DNA from: Haplodiscus bocki
Lineage: Eukaryota
DNA length: 64,000 nt
Assembly: GCA_965655095.1 (NCBI GenBank)
Contig: OZ296649.1
Coordinates: 97,960,001 to 98,024,000, forward strand
Direction: 5' to 3'
Part shown: positions 1 through 11,659 of the stretch, piece by piece
How positions within the stretch are numbered: position 1 is the first letter of the stretch
How the letters are laid out: each line of letters begins with the position of its first letter
Made by a program: the position numbers and the translations under genes
Notes under the pieces: model-generated
What the model was told of the DNA's origin: nothing
The model's input: the letters and a program-made list of their open reading frames with translations, nothing else
Databases searched by the model: none

Positions 1-1719
1 AGATAGGTATGGATTGCCATTGGATAGCTTAAGGAAAGTTCTCATCATCTCTGTGGTGTGGCAAATCTGTCAAAACAGTGCTTTTCTTCATTCTCTCTGC
101 CGCAGTTGTTTCTGATCTCTAAAAAACTTTTGCACTGTGCTCAAGTCAAAAAATTGTTAACATAGTCCGTTTTTGTCCAAGTGCGCGTGGTTTAAATTGA
201 ATCTGTCGAGATCAATCAAACACATAGCTCCACCGGAAGGTCAACTCACGTTCTCGTTTGATTCGTTTGATTGTGGGAGCATCACGCAACTGAAAATTAA
301 TTGCCTTAGTGACTCATAGAATGGCCGTGGGCTCACATAGCGCGAGACTAACGTAAGTGTTTCATAACATGGTTTTGAGTTCACCCCGACTTATACAACC
401 AACGTTGGATTTATTTTTAACTACGTTTTTTGAATTGAGTTTGCAAAACTGAACTATTTTCAGGACTTGGTTTTCCAAGGTCTTGGAGCTGTGCTCAAGT
501 AAATTCGAAATTGGTTTGCGGGCTCGTTCGGACTTGTAGGTCAGTTGTTTACGTAATGTGAAAGATCTAGAACAACCTTCTGTTGTGAACTTGGAAAACA
601 AGGGCTTGTGCTTTCCGTAGTTCAAGAGACACCTTTCTGTCTTTTTCAGGCTAATTTTTGCCTTTACATGGCTGTACATTGAAAAGTTAATTTAGCTCAG
701 ACAACTAGAAACACCTTATCGGTTGGGATTTTGCCAAAGCATAGCGGTTCCTGCATGGATTTTGCTTTTGTTTAAAAGGAAGTTAAGGGTCAATTGTTTT
801 CCAATGTGGCTTTTGGGTTGTCGGTTTTTGTACGTTTTGTACGTACGTATTTAGTTGAGTCCGAGCGTAAAAAATAATTTTTTAAGATCATTCATCAACG
901 CACGGCATTTTCAAATGGACATTGTGTTTTCCGTAATGTAGTGTTTTTTACTTGCTTCCATATTTCTTTTGACCTGCAGAAGGCAATCCGATAATTTAGT
1001 TCAAATCGCAGTAGTGAAGCCACAGTTTTTCAGTGAGTTTGCAAAGGGACGGCATTTTTATAATTTGCTTTGTTTTTATGTATTGTGATACGAACGCTCA
1101 GTTGTTTTTCAAAAAAGTTTTTAGCTCGATAGGCCTAGTAAATGAAGTTTTTAGTTGAATATTTTTACTTCCAAAAGCGCACTTTCTGTTGTGATTTGGA
1201 AAAAAATGCACTTGTCAACAACCATTTTGTTCATCGGCATTGAGAATTGCGCTGAATTTTTACAGAAGGCGGCTTGTTTGCTCCCCAAAAGTCGTATATC
1301 AAATGTTTATTTGTAGGTCTAGCAAAGCCTTCTCGGCATGATTTAACGGAGCAAGGCTTTTTCAATGAGAAGTTTCCCGATTCAACACAGTAACGTTTTG
1401 TTTTTCCCGATTGCCATTTGGGATTTCCCGAGCCATCACAAAAAACTTTTAGTTCAGTTAAGATTTCTACCGTTTCGAATTTTTCGGACTTGCACACAAA
1501 ATTTTTTGTCCGATTCGAAGTTGTAAAAGCATATTTTCCTCGGAGACAGGAGAAAAAAAGCTTTTTCAGAAAGTTTTTGGTTAGAGGCGCTGTGATATCA
1601 ACGTTTAATAGTTTTCCAATATGTTTTTGGTCTTACACACACTTAATAATGGAACGGTTAGTTTGGTTGGGTTTTTTCAACTTCAGTTCAAAATTTTCAT
1701 AACTTTGGGTTCTGAACAT
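1..1719 (-). pseudogene. Decayed LRR-protein gene (runs off the window start)
   Basis: Manual minus-strand translation from an ATG at 1719 gives a long frame broken by stops and frameshifts. LRR-like remnants are KVVLDLSHYVNN (~546-579; cf. LxVLDLSxNxL) and RTFLKLSNGNPYL (1-45; cf. LxLSGNPWxC at the start of an LRRCT). Confidence 0.4.
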
Positions 1720-2793
1720 TGTCACACAACCGTCGTATTGTTTTGCAGTATATGATACCTAAAAAAATAATTTGGGGAAAAATTCAAAACTTGGCTTACG
1801 ATCGGTCATAAAACTATATTAATGTGACATGTCATAACTATGGGCTGTCGAGTTCAACAACATTCGCAGAGTTACTGTCGGATGTCGACAGTCGGTAAGT
1901 TTCAATTATTTTGATCAACTTAACCATCCTTCAACTAAGTTTAACTAAACTCTCAAGAAATCTCCACAATCTTCCTGTTTTCCATAAGTTCAGAGGAAGA
2001 CTATAGTAGAGGCAAGGGTCATCAAAATCATCTACCATCCAAATCTCAGCCGCCTTTCAATTTTGTCACCTGCATCGCAATTTGAATCTCCATTGCAATT
2101 ATGAGTCTCATCTCCATCGGATATAAAAATCTCAAATCCATTTAATAGAAATCTCATCTCCGTCGTAATTCACCCTTCCCAATCAAGAGTTGTTCGGCAC
2201 TCAAAAGTCTTGATTGATGACTTTCCTCATTCTGCCAAAAAGAACTGAAAACAACTTAGAGAACCCAAATCGCCTCAGACCCAGAAGAACGATGAACTGG
2301 AGGTTGAAAACCTAAGTTTTGTCAAAAACAGTATCTGAGAGCAAAATCATCACAAATTTGGAGTAGAAAATCTCTCGTGTACAGAATAAATATCGATTCT
2401 TAGCCGTACACATCTGGCATTCGTAAAACCTGCTGAAAATGGTGAAAATCACAAAACATTGGAGTTTCCCAGTAAAATCAAGCAGAATCCTTCCTCTAAC
2501 TAGCAAAAAACAACATTTTTTGATTTCTACTACCAATTAGAGTTTGATACCGGTGTGAACAATTTCCGAGCCACCTGCAAAGTATAAAAATGAAATTAGC
2601 AAAAAAATCGAATTAAATTAATTGTTTTTCATACAACCTGCAGACGTTCAGTGTCCTTGAATAGGCTTATATGAATTTAGTTGACTATTGAAAAGCAAAA
2701 GACGCCATAAACAGAAGTAAACTCACATGGCTGGGATTCAGCAAGGAGCCTTACAAATGAAAAAGTCATTGGAGATCAGTGGGTTTGTCTGAC

Positions 2794-2851
2794 TCCTTAC
2801 AGCAGTAAATTCGGTGCTGCGAGCTTGCATTCTATGAATTTACTGTAAGGA
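2794..2851. other. Imperfect hairpin (~16-bp stem)
   Basis: TCCTTACAG(CAG)TAAATTC pairs with GAATTTACTGTAAGGA; the loop contains the near-palindrome TGCGAGCTTGCA. Confidence 0.6.
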
Positions 2852-3120
2852 CACCAAGTAAATTGTAAATGGACAACAAAGTTTCAAAATAGCGCAATAT
2901 TAACAAGCAAAACAAAACAGTTTAAACACCAACAGTTTAAAATAAAGTAGCTTGGCGTCGCGTTAGTGGAACTATGGCTACAGGTACTTCCAAGATGTTG
3001 TTACGGGAACCTTTCACTGGCTCAAATAACCTTCAATGCTACATAACACATTTCGAGCTATGGTTTTGGAGTGACCCACCGTTATGCTCCAAATGTTTAA
3101 CTGAGTTCGGAGATCCAGAT

Positions 3121-3519
3121 TTATCTCTTCCGTTGTGGGCTTGCTACACCATGGCTCTTCAGAGCTTCTTGGGTTTTAAGCATTTCAAGACTAACTTTCA
3201 AGTAATGCCCTTCGCTGTTTTTGGACTCGTTCAGAATTTTATTCATTAGTTTCCTCTCATATTTGAATATGGAAGAAAACTCATCGAACGTTTTCATTAC
3301 GTTTTGCCGATTGACAATGTCCGACTTGAACGCTGAATGTCCGTTACTGAGTTCCAATTTTTTAATCCGTAGAATGCGACAGAAACAGCACGATTTCTCA
3401 AAATGTACTAAATTTGGATTTCTCGAAAAAAGTGTGTCTTTCCAAAGCCTGTTTGATTTCTGTCGATTTAGAAGCTTTTGTGATATAATGGATAGGCCGC
3501 AAAGAGATGCCAGATTTAT
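3121..3519 (-). pseudogene. Stop-free 132-codon frame without a 5' ATG; unidentified exon or gene remnant
   Basis: The frame INLASLCGLSIISQKLL...HFEKSCCFCRIL...ALKSHGVASPQRKR* extends the listed 3121-3357 ORF; broken coding-like frames continue toward ~2940. Confidence 0.25.
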
Positions 3520-4149
3520 TCAATGGTACGTTTGTGGAACTGTCAAATCTAGGTTTTCAACTTTGCATTGTCAACTAATTTTGACATTTGGTTTAATTAC
3601 TGTGTACTTTATCAACAAAATTTAGTTTCGATTGAATTTGTACTGATTTTGTACTTTGACCTTTTTGACTCAGAAAATTTTCGATTTGGTAGTTAAAAAT
3701 TGCAGCAACTCCCCTTCCTTTACTTCTCTCACCATAACAAAAAAAATCAGTATTACCGCAATTTTCAATGTTGCGTCAACGTTCGTGCGTTCGCAGACGT
3801 AATTGGCGGAAATCGGGTGGCGGACATTCAAGGGAAAATATGGTGCTACAATTGTGTTTTTGGAACACTTTTTGTTTTGGAGAAAAATTGAACCGAAAGA
3901 GAGATTCAGTAATCTCTCGATTCTCCACCAATAGTTCAGATTTTTTCTATAAACTCTCAATGTTCCGGCAATGATGGTAGAGATGCTTTTGCGAGTGCGT
4001 TGGTGGCTTTTGTGGGTGGGAATTTGTAATTTTCCGACAAATTTTTTTTTCTGAAGAGTGGGTCGATTAGAAGTGAGAAGAGCATCTTTCGGAAAAAGTC
4101 AATGAAATAGTCAGTTTTTTTCAGAACGCCGACTAAAAGCTTCTGTAAG

Positions 4150-4214
4150 TTGGTGCGGGTTTTAATCGAGGGGGGTTTCAGTTGAGGGCGACTTGTAATC
4201 AAAGAAATACGGTA
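4150..4214 (-). mobile_element. Single pogo/Tc2-like DNA transposon terminus
   Basis: The minus strand reads TA|CCGTATTTCTTTGATTACAAGTCGCCC, the TA-CCGTATTT start typical of Tc2/pogo-type TIRs. The only possible partner (TACCGCAATTTTC, ~3754) is weak. Confidence 0.35.
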
Positions 4215-4444
4215 GTTATTTTGCCCGAAACCAAATACAGATTTTGGTTTTGAGAAGAATTTAAGTTAATATCAGGCTTTCTATCGTGCCATTACAAATT
4301 AATCTGATGATCAAATCACCGTGATTTTCCCACGAATCCAAATGATAATGATCAGGTAGACGCCAGTTTAAACTTTGATGAATGCCTTGAAAACTACTCA
4401 GCTGATAATACACTTAGCACATTTAAGGTACGAAGATGATCATT

Positions 4445-4457
4445 CCGTTTTTTTCAG
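4445..4457 (+). promoter_or_regulatory. 3' splice acceptor in the MVK 5' leader
   Basis: CCGTTTTTTTCAG|G lies 54 nt before the ATG; candidate donors are CAG|GTAGAC (4356) and AAG|GTACGA (4428). Confidence 0.5.
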
Positions 4458-4511
4458 GCCATAAGGATGTCCACACGGTCTTCGTAAAGATTTGCACATG
4501 AGACCAAACAA

Positions 4512-5684
4512 ATGACAGCAAATTGTGTGCAATATAAATCACCTGGTAAAATTATTTTGAGTGGCGAGCATTCCGTCGCCCACGGTAAAGCAGCAATCGC
4601 TGCCGCGATAGATGTTCAGTGCTATGCATCTTTTGAATGTACCGATAGACAAAACGGTGATACAAAAACTATTGTATCATTTCAACCTGATTGTTTTATC
4701 GAGGTTTGTTTCCCCAATGCTGAAATCGCGGAATTGCTGCCGCTCTACTTATCCAGCTCTGTAGTGGAAATCACCCACTTGCCTACGAACGAACAAATAA
4801 AAACTCTGGAAAGATTTGTATCAGAATATACCAGTGAAAAGTTTCTTGCATTAGCTGCTCAGTGTTTTTTACATTGTTTCTTATCCTCTTATGTTTTTCT
4901 AAATTGCGAAAATTACTTGAAATGCAAAAACTATCGGATATCCGTAAAGTCTGACATTCCACTGGGAGCAGGATTAGGTTCATCGGCAGCTTTCAACACA
5001 GCAACCGCAGCTTGTGTTTTAGATTTGCTAGGGGGTCTAAAGTCGGGAAAAGGTAAAGAATTACTTGTCGACGATCAACGAAAAGTCAATGAACTGGCGT
5101 TTGCTGCGGAGCATATTGTACACGGTAAACCTTCCGGTGTTGATACTTATGTTAGTTGTTACGGTCGACCTATCTTGTTCAACAAGAAATCCTTCCAAGA
5201 AGACATCTCCATTCCAAGCTTCCAATTTTTGATTGTAAATACCCAGGAAGAGCGAAACACCAGAGTTCTTGTTGAAAAAGTGTCTAAACTGAAGGAGGCG
5301 AGCATGCAGATGTTTGATGATTTGATTGAGAAAATGGATCTGTGTACTAAATCGATTGCATCTATTTTAAAGGAATCAAAAACCAAGGACTCTAAATTCT
5401 GGGAAGACTTAGCTGAGCAAATTCGTGTCAATCAGGATCTTCTTGAGCAACTCGGCGTATCGACTGAGAAGTTGACTCAAGTTGTGAAGGTCGCTCAAAA
5501 TGAAAACTGTGCAGCTAAGTTGACTGGAGCTGGAGGCGGAGGTTGTGCAATAGTTATTCTGCCTCCCAACTGGGAGGTAAAATGTCCCAGTCTGAAAGAA
5601 AAATTGGAAATGATGTTTTCTGATTTAGAATGCGACGTTTTACCTGCTTCTCTAGCGTTAAGTGGAGTTCAGCGTATTTGCTGA
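4512..5684 (+). CDS. MVK: Mevalonate kinase (GHMP kinase), intron-free CDS
   Basis: 390-aa ORF with PGKIILSGEHSVAHG, the GHMP ATP motif PLGAGLGSSAA, HGKPSGVD and KLTGAGGGG. Confidence 0.95.
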   Translation: MTANCVQYKSPGKIILSGEHSVAHGKAAIAAAIDVQCYASFECTDRQNGDTKTIVSFQPDCFIEVCFPNAEIAELLPLYLSSSVVEITHLPTNEQIKTLERFVSEYTSEKFLALAAQCFLHCFLSSYVFLNCENYLKCKNYRISVKSDIPLGAGLGSSAAFNTATAACVLDLLGGLKSGKGKELLVDDQRKVNELAFAAEHIVHGKPSGVDTYVSCYGRPILFNKKSFQEDISIPSFQFLIVNTQEERNTRVLVEKVSKLKEASMQMFDDLIEKMDLCTKSIASILKESKTKDSKFWEDLAEQIRVNQDLLEQLGVSTEKLTQVVKVAQNENCAAKLTGAGGGGCAIVILPPNWEVKCPSLKEKLEMMFSDLECDVLPASLALSGVQRIC

Positions 5685-5990
5685 TTCTTCAACTATTTAC
5701 CTAGTCATCAAGTTTAGTACTTTTCTATGGAATCATGGTATGCTAAATTTATATTATTTTCTATTGCACTTCCATAATTTAATGTTTTCAAAAATGAAAA
5801 GTAGCAATTTGTATTCATGTTGGCGAATTTACATTTTCAACTAAACTGGGGCGAATCAATATCGCTTTCATAATGCAAGTTTCACATTATGCTAAGCTGT
5901 CAGAAATTTCGAATTTCGACTTATTTGTTGCATCCAATTTTTTTTTCACAAAAAAGCTACTTCAATTTTTGTAATTTTTCATTGCGTAAA

Positions 5991-6002
5991 CCGTCTTTTC
6001 AG
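5991..6002 (+). promoter_or_regulatory. 3' splice acceptor immediately upstream of SETD1
   Basis: CCGTCTTTTCAG|A lies 11 nt before the ATG at 6014 and is preceded by T-rich tracts (5938-5980). Confidence 0.5.
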
Positions 6003-6013
6003 ATATAATTTTG

Positions 6014-9000
6014 ATGGTATGCTGTGTCGCTGAGCCAACTCCACGGGTCTTAAGTGGAAAGCCGCCACAAAGCGCCACAGTGGTCAGTGTATGTAAATTT
6101 TCGCCCGTCGAAGCCATGTACAGTGCACCCGTTCCTCCTCATATTGAGAACAACTCCAATGTTCTCAACTCTGAAGCGTACCATGCTTCTTCCACTGCCA
6201 GTGGAAACGCGTCCGGGTCCGGACACCACCGACCTCATAACTTCATTGCCTATCGTATTTTGTCTGATCCAATGCTTACTGAAGGGTGCAGGCTCTCGTA
6301 CAGATACGACGGAAAAGAACCAGGAGATTCCAGTGGAAATACAATTTTACCTGGTGGCTCTTTTGGGATTGTACATGACCCACGTAATGCATTTATGAGA
6401 CTTCTCTCTGGTGAAATTGCTGACTTACCTTTGCCAAAATTTACAGTCGACGAATACTATGTTGGTGTTCCCCCTCCACGCGAAATAACAATTTGCAATT
6501 TGAATGATAATATTAACGTAGAATTTTTACAGGAAATGTTTTCTGTTTTTGGATCCCTGGAAAAAGCCAAAATATACACCAATCCAAAAACAAAAAAGCA
6601 TTTGGGTCTTGGTCGAGTTGTGTTCCAATCTGTCGGTGCTTGCAAAGCCGCGTATAATGCTTTGCATCAAAAACCGAGGATGGGAAACATTTTATACCTT
6701 CTTATTGACTCTCGAGGAACTATGCTACAAGAAGCATACGAGCTAGCAATGCAGAATAAACTGTCGTTTGATTCCCAAACGGGAAAACCAAATCTGACTT
6801 ATAAAACTAGTAATAACTCGAGAGCCAACAAACTCCAGAATGTTACTCGACAAATAGATCATCATCGTAATAGTTATAATTACACTACCAACACTTCCGG
6901 TGAGAGTAGCAGTCACAGGAATTCGGAAGTGACTATTGGAAGCAAAGTACAGTTAGATACTCCTGTATCAAACTCTTATCACAAGCAAGTGCAGTTCAAA
7001 GTATCGCCTGTGAAAGAAACAATTGACCCGAGATTGCATAGCACAAGTTTAAATATTCCCTCCAAAATTGAAAAACTGGACCAATTGGTGAAATCGATTG
7101 TGCCCAAAGCTACTAAACCTAGTGTTGAAAAAGACATGACAGATTCAAGCGTGGCGCTTTCTGAAAGATCTCCAGTGGATACAGAGAAAGATGATTCCCA
7201 AGTAAAAGAGGCCGTTGATCAAAGTAGTACGGACACCAATGATGAACAAACTGAAAGCGAGGACGACGAAGACGAAGAGCCTAGCGCAGATCGGGAAATC
7301 TCAGTTACTGTGCAGCAAAACCAGAAAAGTTTAGATGACAGAATTAACGAGCTTCTTGGAAAAACTGTGAAGCCTTCTGAAGATTATGACGAGTTTTCTT
7401 CCGATGACGAACTTCTTGATAATGAAACCACTCCCACTCAACCTCCTCCTCCGCCACCACCACCACCACCGATTGCAACGAATGACGTCCATCAGTTACA
7501 GGTGCAACCAACAATTGTTCAAGTTAACATGGTCCCACATAACACCAACTTGCAGATGATCGCAGCGCCGAACATGGTTCATAACTCTAACGGTCAACCA
7601 GTTGCTCTTCCCAATGGTATTGTACAGTCAGCTTTGACGATGACGCAATCCGTTCAAAATCAAGTGGATGATGACAATATGATGTTATCTCCTCTAAGCG
7701 ATGATGGGATACCGAAAAATGGCAATATTTACTTACAACCTCAGAATTTCCATCACTCTACGACTTTACCACCCAATATTTCCCAATTCACACCCGGATG
7801 CCAGCAACATTTCCTGGCCACTCATTGTGCACCACAAGACGTGATGCAGCCCAACGCTGGAATGATGCAAGCTTATGGCGCCGATGGAACTCCTCTACTT
7901 TCTCATTTACCCATCAATAATTTTACTCCGATGCCTTCTAAACCTCCTATGAAAGAAAAAGTGGACATTTTGACAAATGAATCTGTTAGAAAATTACTCA
8001 GAGATATCAGGACAACATTAAAACGTGATATACATAAACGTATGGTTGAAAGCGTCGCCTTTCGGGAACTTGATTTTTGGTTTGAAGACGAAACTGAAAA
8101 GTTGAAGCGTCTTCAGGAGCAAGCCGTCAAGCTAACAAAAGAAGATCAGGAAAACAAGAAACCCTCGACTGCCTTCAAAGAACCTGAAACACTAGCACCT
8201 CTTTTAGATTTATCATCGCTGATGAATGGAAGAACGACGGGAAGTATTCCTGGATTTGGTTTGAAAGGAAGCGTGATGTCTAGTTTTAGAATTCGTAAGA
8301 AACCCCAGGCATTACGAAATACCGAAAATATCAGCAATAATAATCAGAGGTTGAATCACGACATAAAACCTCTTTTCAGTAACTTGAAAAACTTGGCGGA
8401 GGCCAAAAACTCAGATATCGAGAAATCTCCAATTAAGAAGGATGACGTTGACGATGAGCCTCTACGCGATCCCAAAAAGATATACTCATCTGATAGCGAA
8501 GATGAAGATCTTGATACAAATAGAAATACGTTGGACAGTGAAGTGAGCGAATCGGAAAGTGAAAGTTCCTCTCCAGAGGAGTCTAGCTCTGAAGAAGAGC
8601 AAGACGAAGAAACCTCGGTCACCTCAAAACCTGTAGTGTCAAAACCTTCTAGAATGGGTTTAAAGGATGTATTGAAACCTCGGACACAACTTGAAGCCTC
8701 TGCGACTGAATCTGCTGAAGACGAAGAGCCAGAACCTCAGAAAGTGAATGACGAAGAATCGGAAACAGTTTCAGCGGATGAACAAGTAGACCCAGACGAT
8801 GAGAAAGCATCTGAAGAGGCATCAAGCGATGAGAGAAATGTAAACATCGAGAATACTCAAGAAACAGGGTTATTCGATAAACTGGAGTTCTCCAAATTTG
8901 AGGATGAGGGCCCTGAATTTGAAGAAAAACAACCGCAGCAATCGTTGAATGAGAACTCCGAATCATTTGTTTCCAGTATTCCTGTTGATCATTGTTATGC

Positions 9001-10195
9001 TGCTGTGACTTTGGAGATTAAACAGGCGCCAAAGGAAGAAGCTGAAGAAAATGTAAATGCCTCGTTGTTCATGAATCGCAAACGTGTAGCTACTCAGGAG
9101 ATTACTCCGACAGTTGTTCAGAATCCGGATCGAGGTCTTGAGCAACCAAAACAAAAGCGGCGAAAAACTGCAATAGAAAGATTGATTGAGGAAACTTTCG
9201 ATCAGGCTTCTCGAATGGGTAAAGATACATCCTCTGCTACTACTGTACATAGACCTCTAGAATCTGTATCACAACCTGCTATGCCAGACGAAGACGAAAT
9301 TTTGAGAAACTTCACAAAAGTAGGTTTAGACTTGGAAGATTGGAATTTCTTGAGGAAAGCATTCTTCGAGTTGGAATCACACCCAGAGCTCCATGGAGCC
9401 TTATGGACTGATTCAGCTTGTATACCTATTGCATCGCCCGAAAGATCGCACAAACGAAGACAGCGCAATGTTCAAAATGATGAAAGTGCTCTTTCTGGTA
9501 GCTGCTCAAGGTGTAGAATTTATTACAAAGGTAAGAAAGCGGCAGGAAAGAGTCAACCTACTGCTCCAAGGTCAACCTCAAAATCAGCGAGTTTGCAAGT
9601 TAGACAGGTAGATTATTCCAGTGAAAACGAAAGCAGACTTTCCCTTGCCTCTTCTTCCTCGACTGCAAAGTCACGTGGTGCTAGATTGGAGCAAAGGCAG
9701 CTCATGTCCATATCACAGGCTGCTGAGTACGACTCCGAACTCATGAAATACAATCAGTTACACTTCAGGAAAAAGAAATTAACGTTCGGAAGGAGTCGGA
9801 TACACAACTGGGGCTTGTTTGCTTTGGAAGCCATTCCAGCTGATGAAATGGTCATTGAGTACGTGGGCCAGGTTATCAGACAGCAGGTGGCCGACAACCG
9901 CGAAAAAAGTTATGAAAAAATTGGAATTGGTAGTAGTTATCTGTTCCGAATCGATACTGACACAATCGTGGACGCAACCAAATGTGGTAACTTTGGTCGT
10001 TTCATCAATCATTCTTGTACTCCTAATTGCACGGCCAAGATCCTTACGGTTGAAGATACAAAAAGGATAGTCATTTACTCCAAAGAGGACATTCCCGCCG
10101 GCGGTGAAATTACCTATGATTACAAGTTCCCAATTGAAGATGACAAAATACCCTGTCTTTGTGGTAGTCCTTTCTGTAGAGGCTCTCTCAACTAA
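6014..10195 (+). CDS. SETD1: Histone H3K4 methyltransferase SETD1/Set1 (COMPASS), intron-free CDS
   Basis: N-terminal DPR-like motif (HDPRN), Set1-type RRM ([12 protein letters not shown]...[10 protein letters not shown]), poly-Pro, acidic/Ser-rich region, HCF-binding DHCY, N-SET, SET (IHNWGLFA...[11 protein letters not shown]...EITYDYKF) and post-[16 protein letters not shown]. The first ATG is at 6014; an alternative start GCCATG is at 6116. Confidence 0.95.
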   Translation: MVCCVAEPTPRVLSGKPPQSATVVSVCKFSPVEAMYSAPVPPHIENNSNVLNSEAYHASSTASGNASGSGHHRPHNFIAYRILSDPMLTEGCRLSYRYDGKEPGDSSGNTILPGGSFGIVHDPRNAFMRLLSGEIADLPLPKFTVDEYYVGVPPPREITICNLNDNINVEFLQEMFSVFGSLEKAKIYTNPKTKKHLGLGRVVFQSVGACKAAYNALHQKPRMGNILYLLIDSRGTMLQEAYELAMQNKLSFDSQTGKPNLTYKTSNNSRANKLQNVTRQIDHHRNSYNYTTNTSGESSSHRNSEVTIGSKVQLDTPVSNSYHKQVQFKVSPVKETIDPRLHSTSLNIPSKIEKLDQLVKSIVPKATKPSVEKDMTDSSVALSERSPVDTEKDDSQVKEAVDQSSTDTNDEQTESEDDEDEEPSADREISVTVQQNQKSLDDRINELLGKTVKPSEDYDEFSSDDELLDNETTPTQPPPPPPPPPPIATNDVHQLQVQPTIVQVNMVPHNTNLQMIAAPNMVHNSNGQPVALPNGIVQSALTMTQSVQNQVDDDNMMLSPLSDDGIPKNGNIYLQPQNFHHSTTLPPNISQFTPGCQQHFLATHCAPQDVMQPNAGMMQAYGADGTPLLSHLPINNFTPMPSKPPMKEKVDILTNESVRKLLRDIRTTLKRDIHKRMVESVAFRELDFWFEDETEKLKRLQEQAVKLTKEDQENKKPSTAFKEPETLAPLLDLSSLMNGRTTGSIPGFGLKGSVMSSFRIRKKPQALRNTENISNNNQRLNHDIKPLFSNLKNLAEAKNSDIEKSPIKKDDVDDEPLRDPKKIYSSDSEDEDLDTNRNTLDSEVSESESESSSPEESSSEEEQDEETSVTSKPVVSKPSRMGLKDVLKPRTQLEASATESAEDEEPEPQKVNDEESETVSADEQVDPDDEKASEEASSDERNVNIENTQETGLFDKLEFSKFEDEGPEFEEKQPQQSLNENSESFVSSIPVDHCYAAVTLEIKQAPKEEAEENVNASLFMNRKRVATQEITPTVVQNPDRGLEQPKQKRRKTAIERLIEETFDQASRMGKDTSSATTVHRPLESVSQPAMPDEDEILRNFTKVGLDLEDWNFLRKAFFELESHPELHGALWTDSACIPIASPERSHKRRQRNVQNDESALSGSCSRCRIYYKGKKAAGKSQPTAPRSTSKSASLQVRQVDYSSENESRLSLASSSSTAKSRGARLEQRQLMSISQAAEYDSELMKYNQLHFRKKKLTFGRSRIHNWGLFALEAIPADEMVIEYVGQVIRQQVADNREKSYEKIGIGSSYLFRIDTDTIVDATKCGNFGRFINHSCTPNCTAKILTVEDTKRIVIYSKEDIPAGGEITYDYKFPIEDDKIPCLCGSPFCRGSLN

Positions 10196-10539
10196 AGCAA
10201 AATCTGGGCAATTGTGATTAAGTTGATATGCCGACTGGTACTGCGTGGATGCCAAATAGCCGCCGTGAAATTTCAACAAGATATGATCCCGATAAAATAA
10301 TTCGTAATCTGACATACAAACCGACTTGTCATTCAATTGAAAACTAGCAATTGTGTGTTGGCGCGGAAATAACAAGCTGAAACAAGACTTGCCCAAAGAT
10401 TAATGTAAAGACTTTACGGAGCAATGTAATTGTATCAGAAAGGGACTTTAAAAGCGGGTCTAAATTAATTCAATATTGATATTTTCCAAATAGTACTTCA
10501 GTTTTGTTCTATATTTTGTTACCTGTCCATTTGTTTAAT

Positions 10540-10545
10540 AATAAA
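10540..10545 (+). terminator. Candidate poly(A) signal of SETD1
   Basis: AATAAA ~345 nt after the stop codon, followed by a T-rich tract at 10565-10576. Confidence 0.45.
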
Positions 10546-10865
10546 ATCAAATCTATGCAAATTAGTTTTTCTTTTCGTGAAGCATCAACAGTCAACATCT
10601 TCAGAAAAATATCTCGTGTTCATAATAATAGACACGACGGGATCTTGAAAAGGGCTATTTTCATTTGTTTTGACTTTGCATGGCTCTATATCTTCCATTT
10701 TAAGCACACAAAAAGGAGATGAACGTCTTAATTCTGAAATGAATCTCCGGATAGTTTCACTTGCGAACATGAATGAAGAATCGACAACTGACTTCTACCA
10801 GTACTCCTATTTCTATCTGGAGTTTTTGTGTCAACTGATCTATCCGCTCACATGAAACATTTTTA

Positions 10866-11528
10866 TTTTTCGCCGCATATGTAATATGCAAGAAAAATTA
10901 TTCATTCAGTAGGGTCGTTTTTCTTTTTTTTTCCAGACCAAAATTGCCACCTTTTTTTCAAAAGTAAATGACAGCAGTTGGGTTAGGACAACAGGGTTCT
11001 TAAGCAGTAGGTTCTGGGTTCGAGTCTCTGTCGTGCCAAATATTTTTACGATTTATCCCTAACAATTTTGGATACCCGAAATTAGTGAAACAATGAAGGG
11101 TTCCTTCAGGAAATTTTCGGCACTGTGAGACAGAAAATCGTGATACTACCCCCCCCCCCTCTTATCCATAAAATTTTTCGATACCAGAAATTTTGTGAAA
11201 CACAGAAGGGTTCCCCTACGAAGTTTTTCGGTTCTCTGAGACAGCAAATTTTCTATAGAAAACCGTGATATTCCCCTCTTGGGCATAAAATTTTTCGATA
11301 CCCGAAACACAGAAGGGTTCCTTTATGAAATGATTCGGTACTGTTGGGCAAAAATTTTTCGTGATACCCTTTTGCATAAGTAAAGAAATCAGTGGTGGAA
11401 TTGATGTTTGTAAAAACTCTTTGAAAACTAAATTCAAAACAGTAGTTTTGTTTTTAACCGTTTGCAAAAGTTGATCAAAATATTTGAAGTTGGGCGAAAA
11501 ATATGCCGGTGCTAGCCGGCCGTCTTGT
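10866..11528 (+). mobile_element. Non-autonomous Helentron-like element (HINE/DINE type), family A, copy 1
   Basis: 5' TTTTTCGCC is inverted against subterminal GGCGAAAAA. The 3' hairpin GCCGG-TGCTAG-CCGGC is followed by a CGTCTTGT end. It carries ~3 internal ~120-bp repeats and is colinear with 14524-16085. Confidence 0.75.
10963..11038 (+). pseudogene. tRNA-derived segment inside the HINE-A element
   Basis: A-box-like CAGTTGGGTTAGG, anticodon-loop-like TTCTTAA, B-box/T-loop GGTTCGAGTCT (11017-11027) and an end in GCCA. The acceptor stem is degenerate, so this is not a functional tRNA. A second copy is at ~14615-14690. Confidence 0.5.
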
Positions 11529-11659
11529 ATATTAGTCATCCAAATTCGAATATTATGCAATTTCGTGTCTTCCGCTTTTTCATTAGTGAAATTTGTTTGT
11601 GAATATAAATGAGATGTTTCTTATCAAAATGTCTTAACAGCATTGGTTTTGAAGATTAA

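Noticed and set aside
2637-2842. Minus-strand spliced coding exon (acceptor CCTTACAG, donor GTGAG)
   Set aside because: All three frames contain stops; it is non-coding at best.
6011-6013. TTG start for SETD1 given by the ORF track
   Set aside because: The gene is eukaryotic, and the next codon is ATG (6014).
9779-10396. 205-aa antisense ORF and other ORFs overlapping MVK, SETD1 and MED6
   Set aside because: These are shadow frames of real CDSs with no recognisable motifs.
10963-11038. Functional tRNA-Lys(CTT)
   Set aside because: Acceptor and anticodon stems do not pair, and the second copy has a different loop (TTCTGAA) and a mutated B-box.
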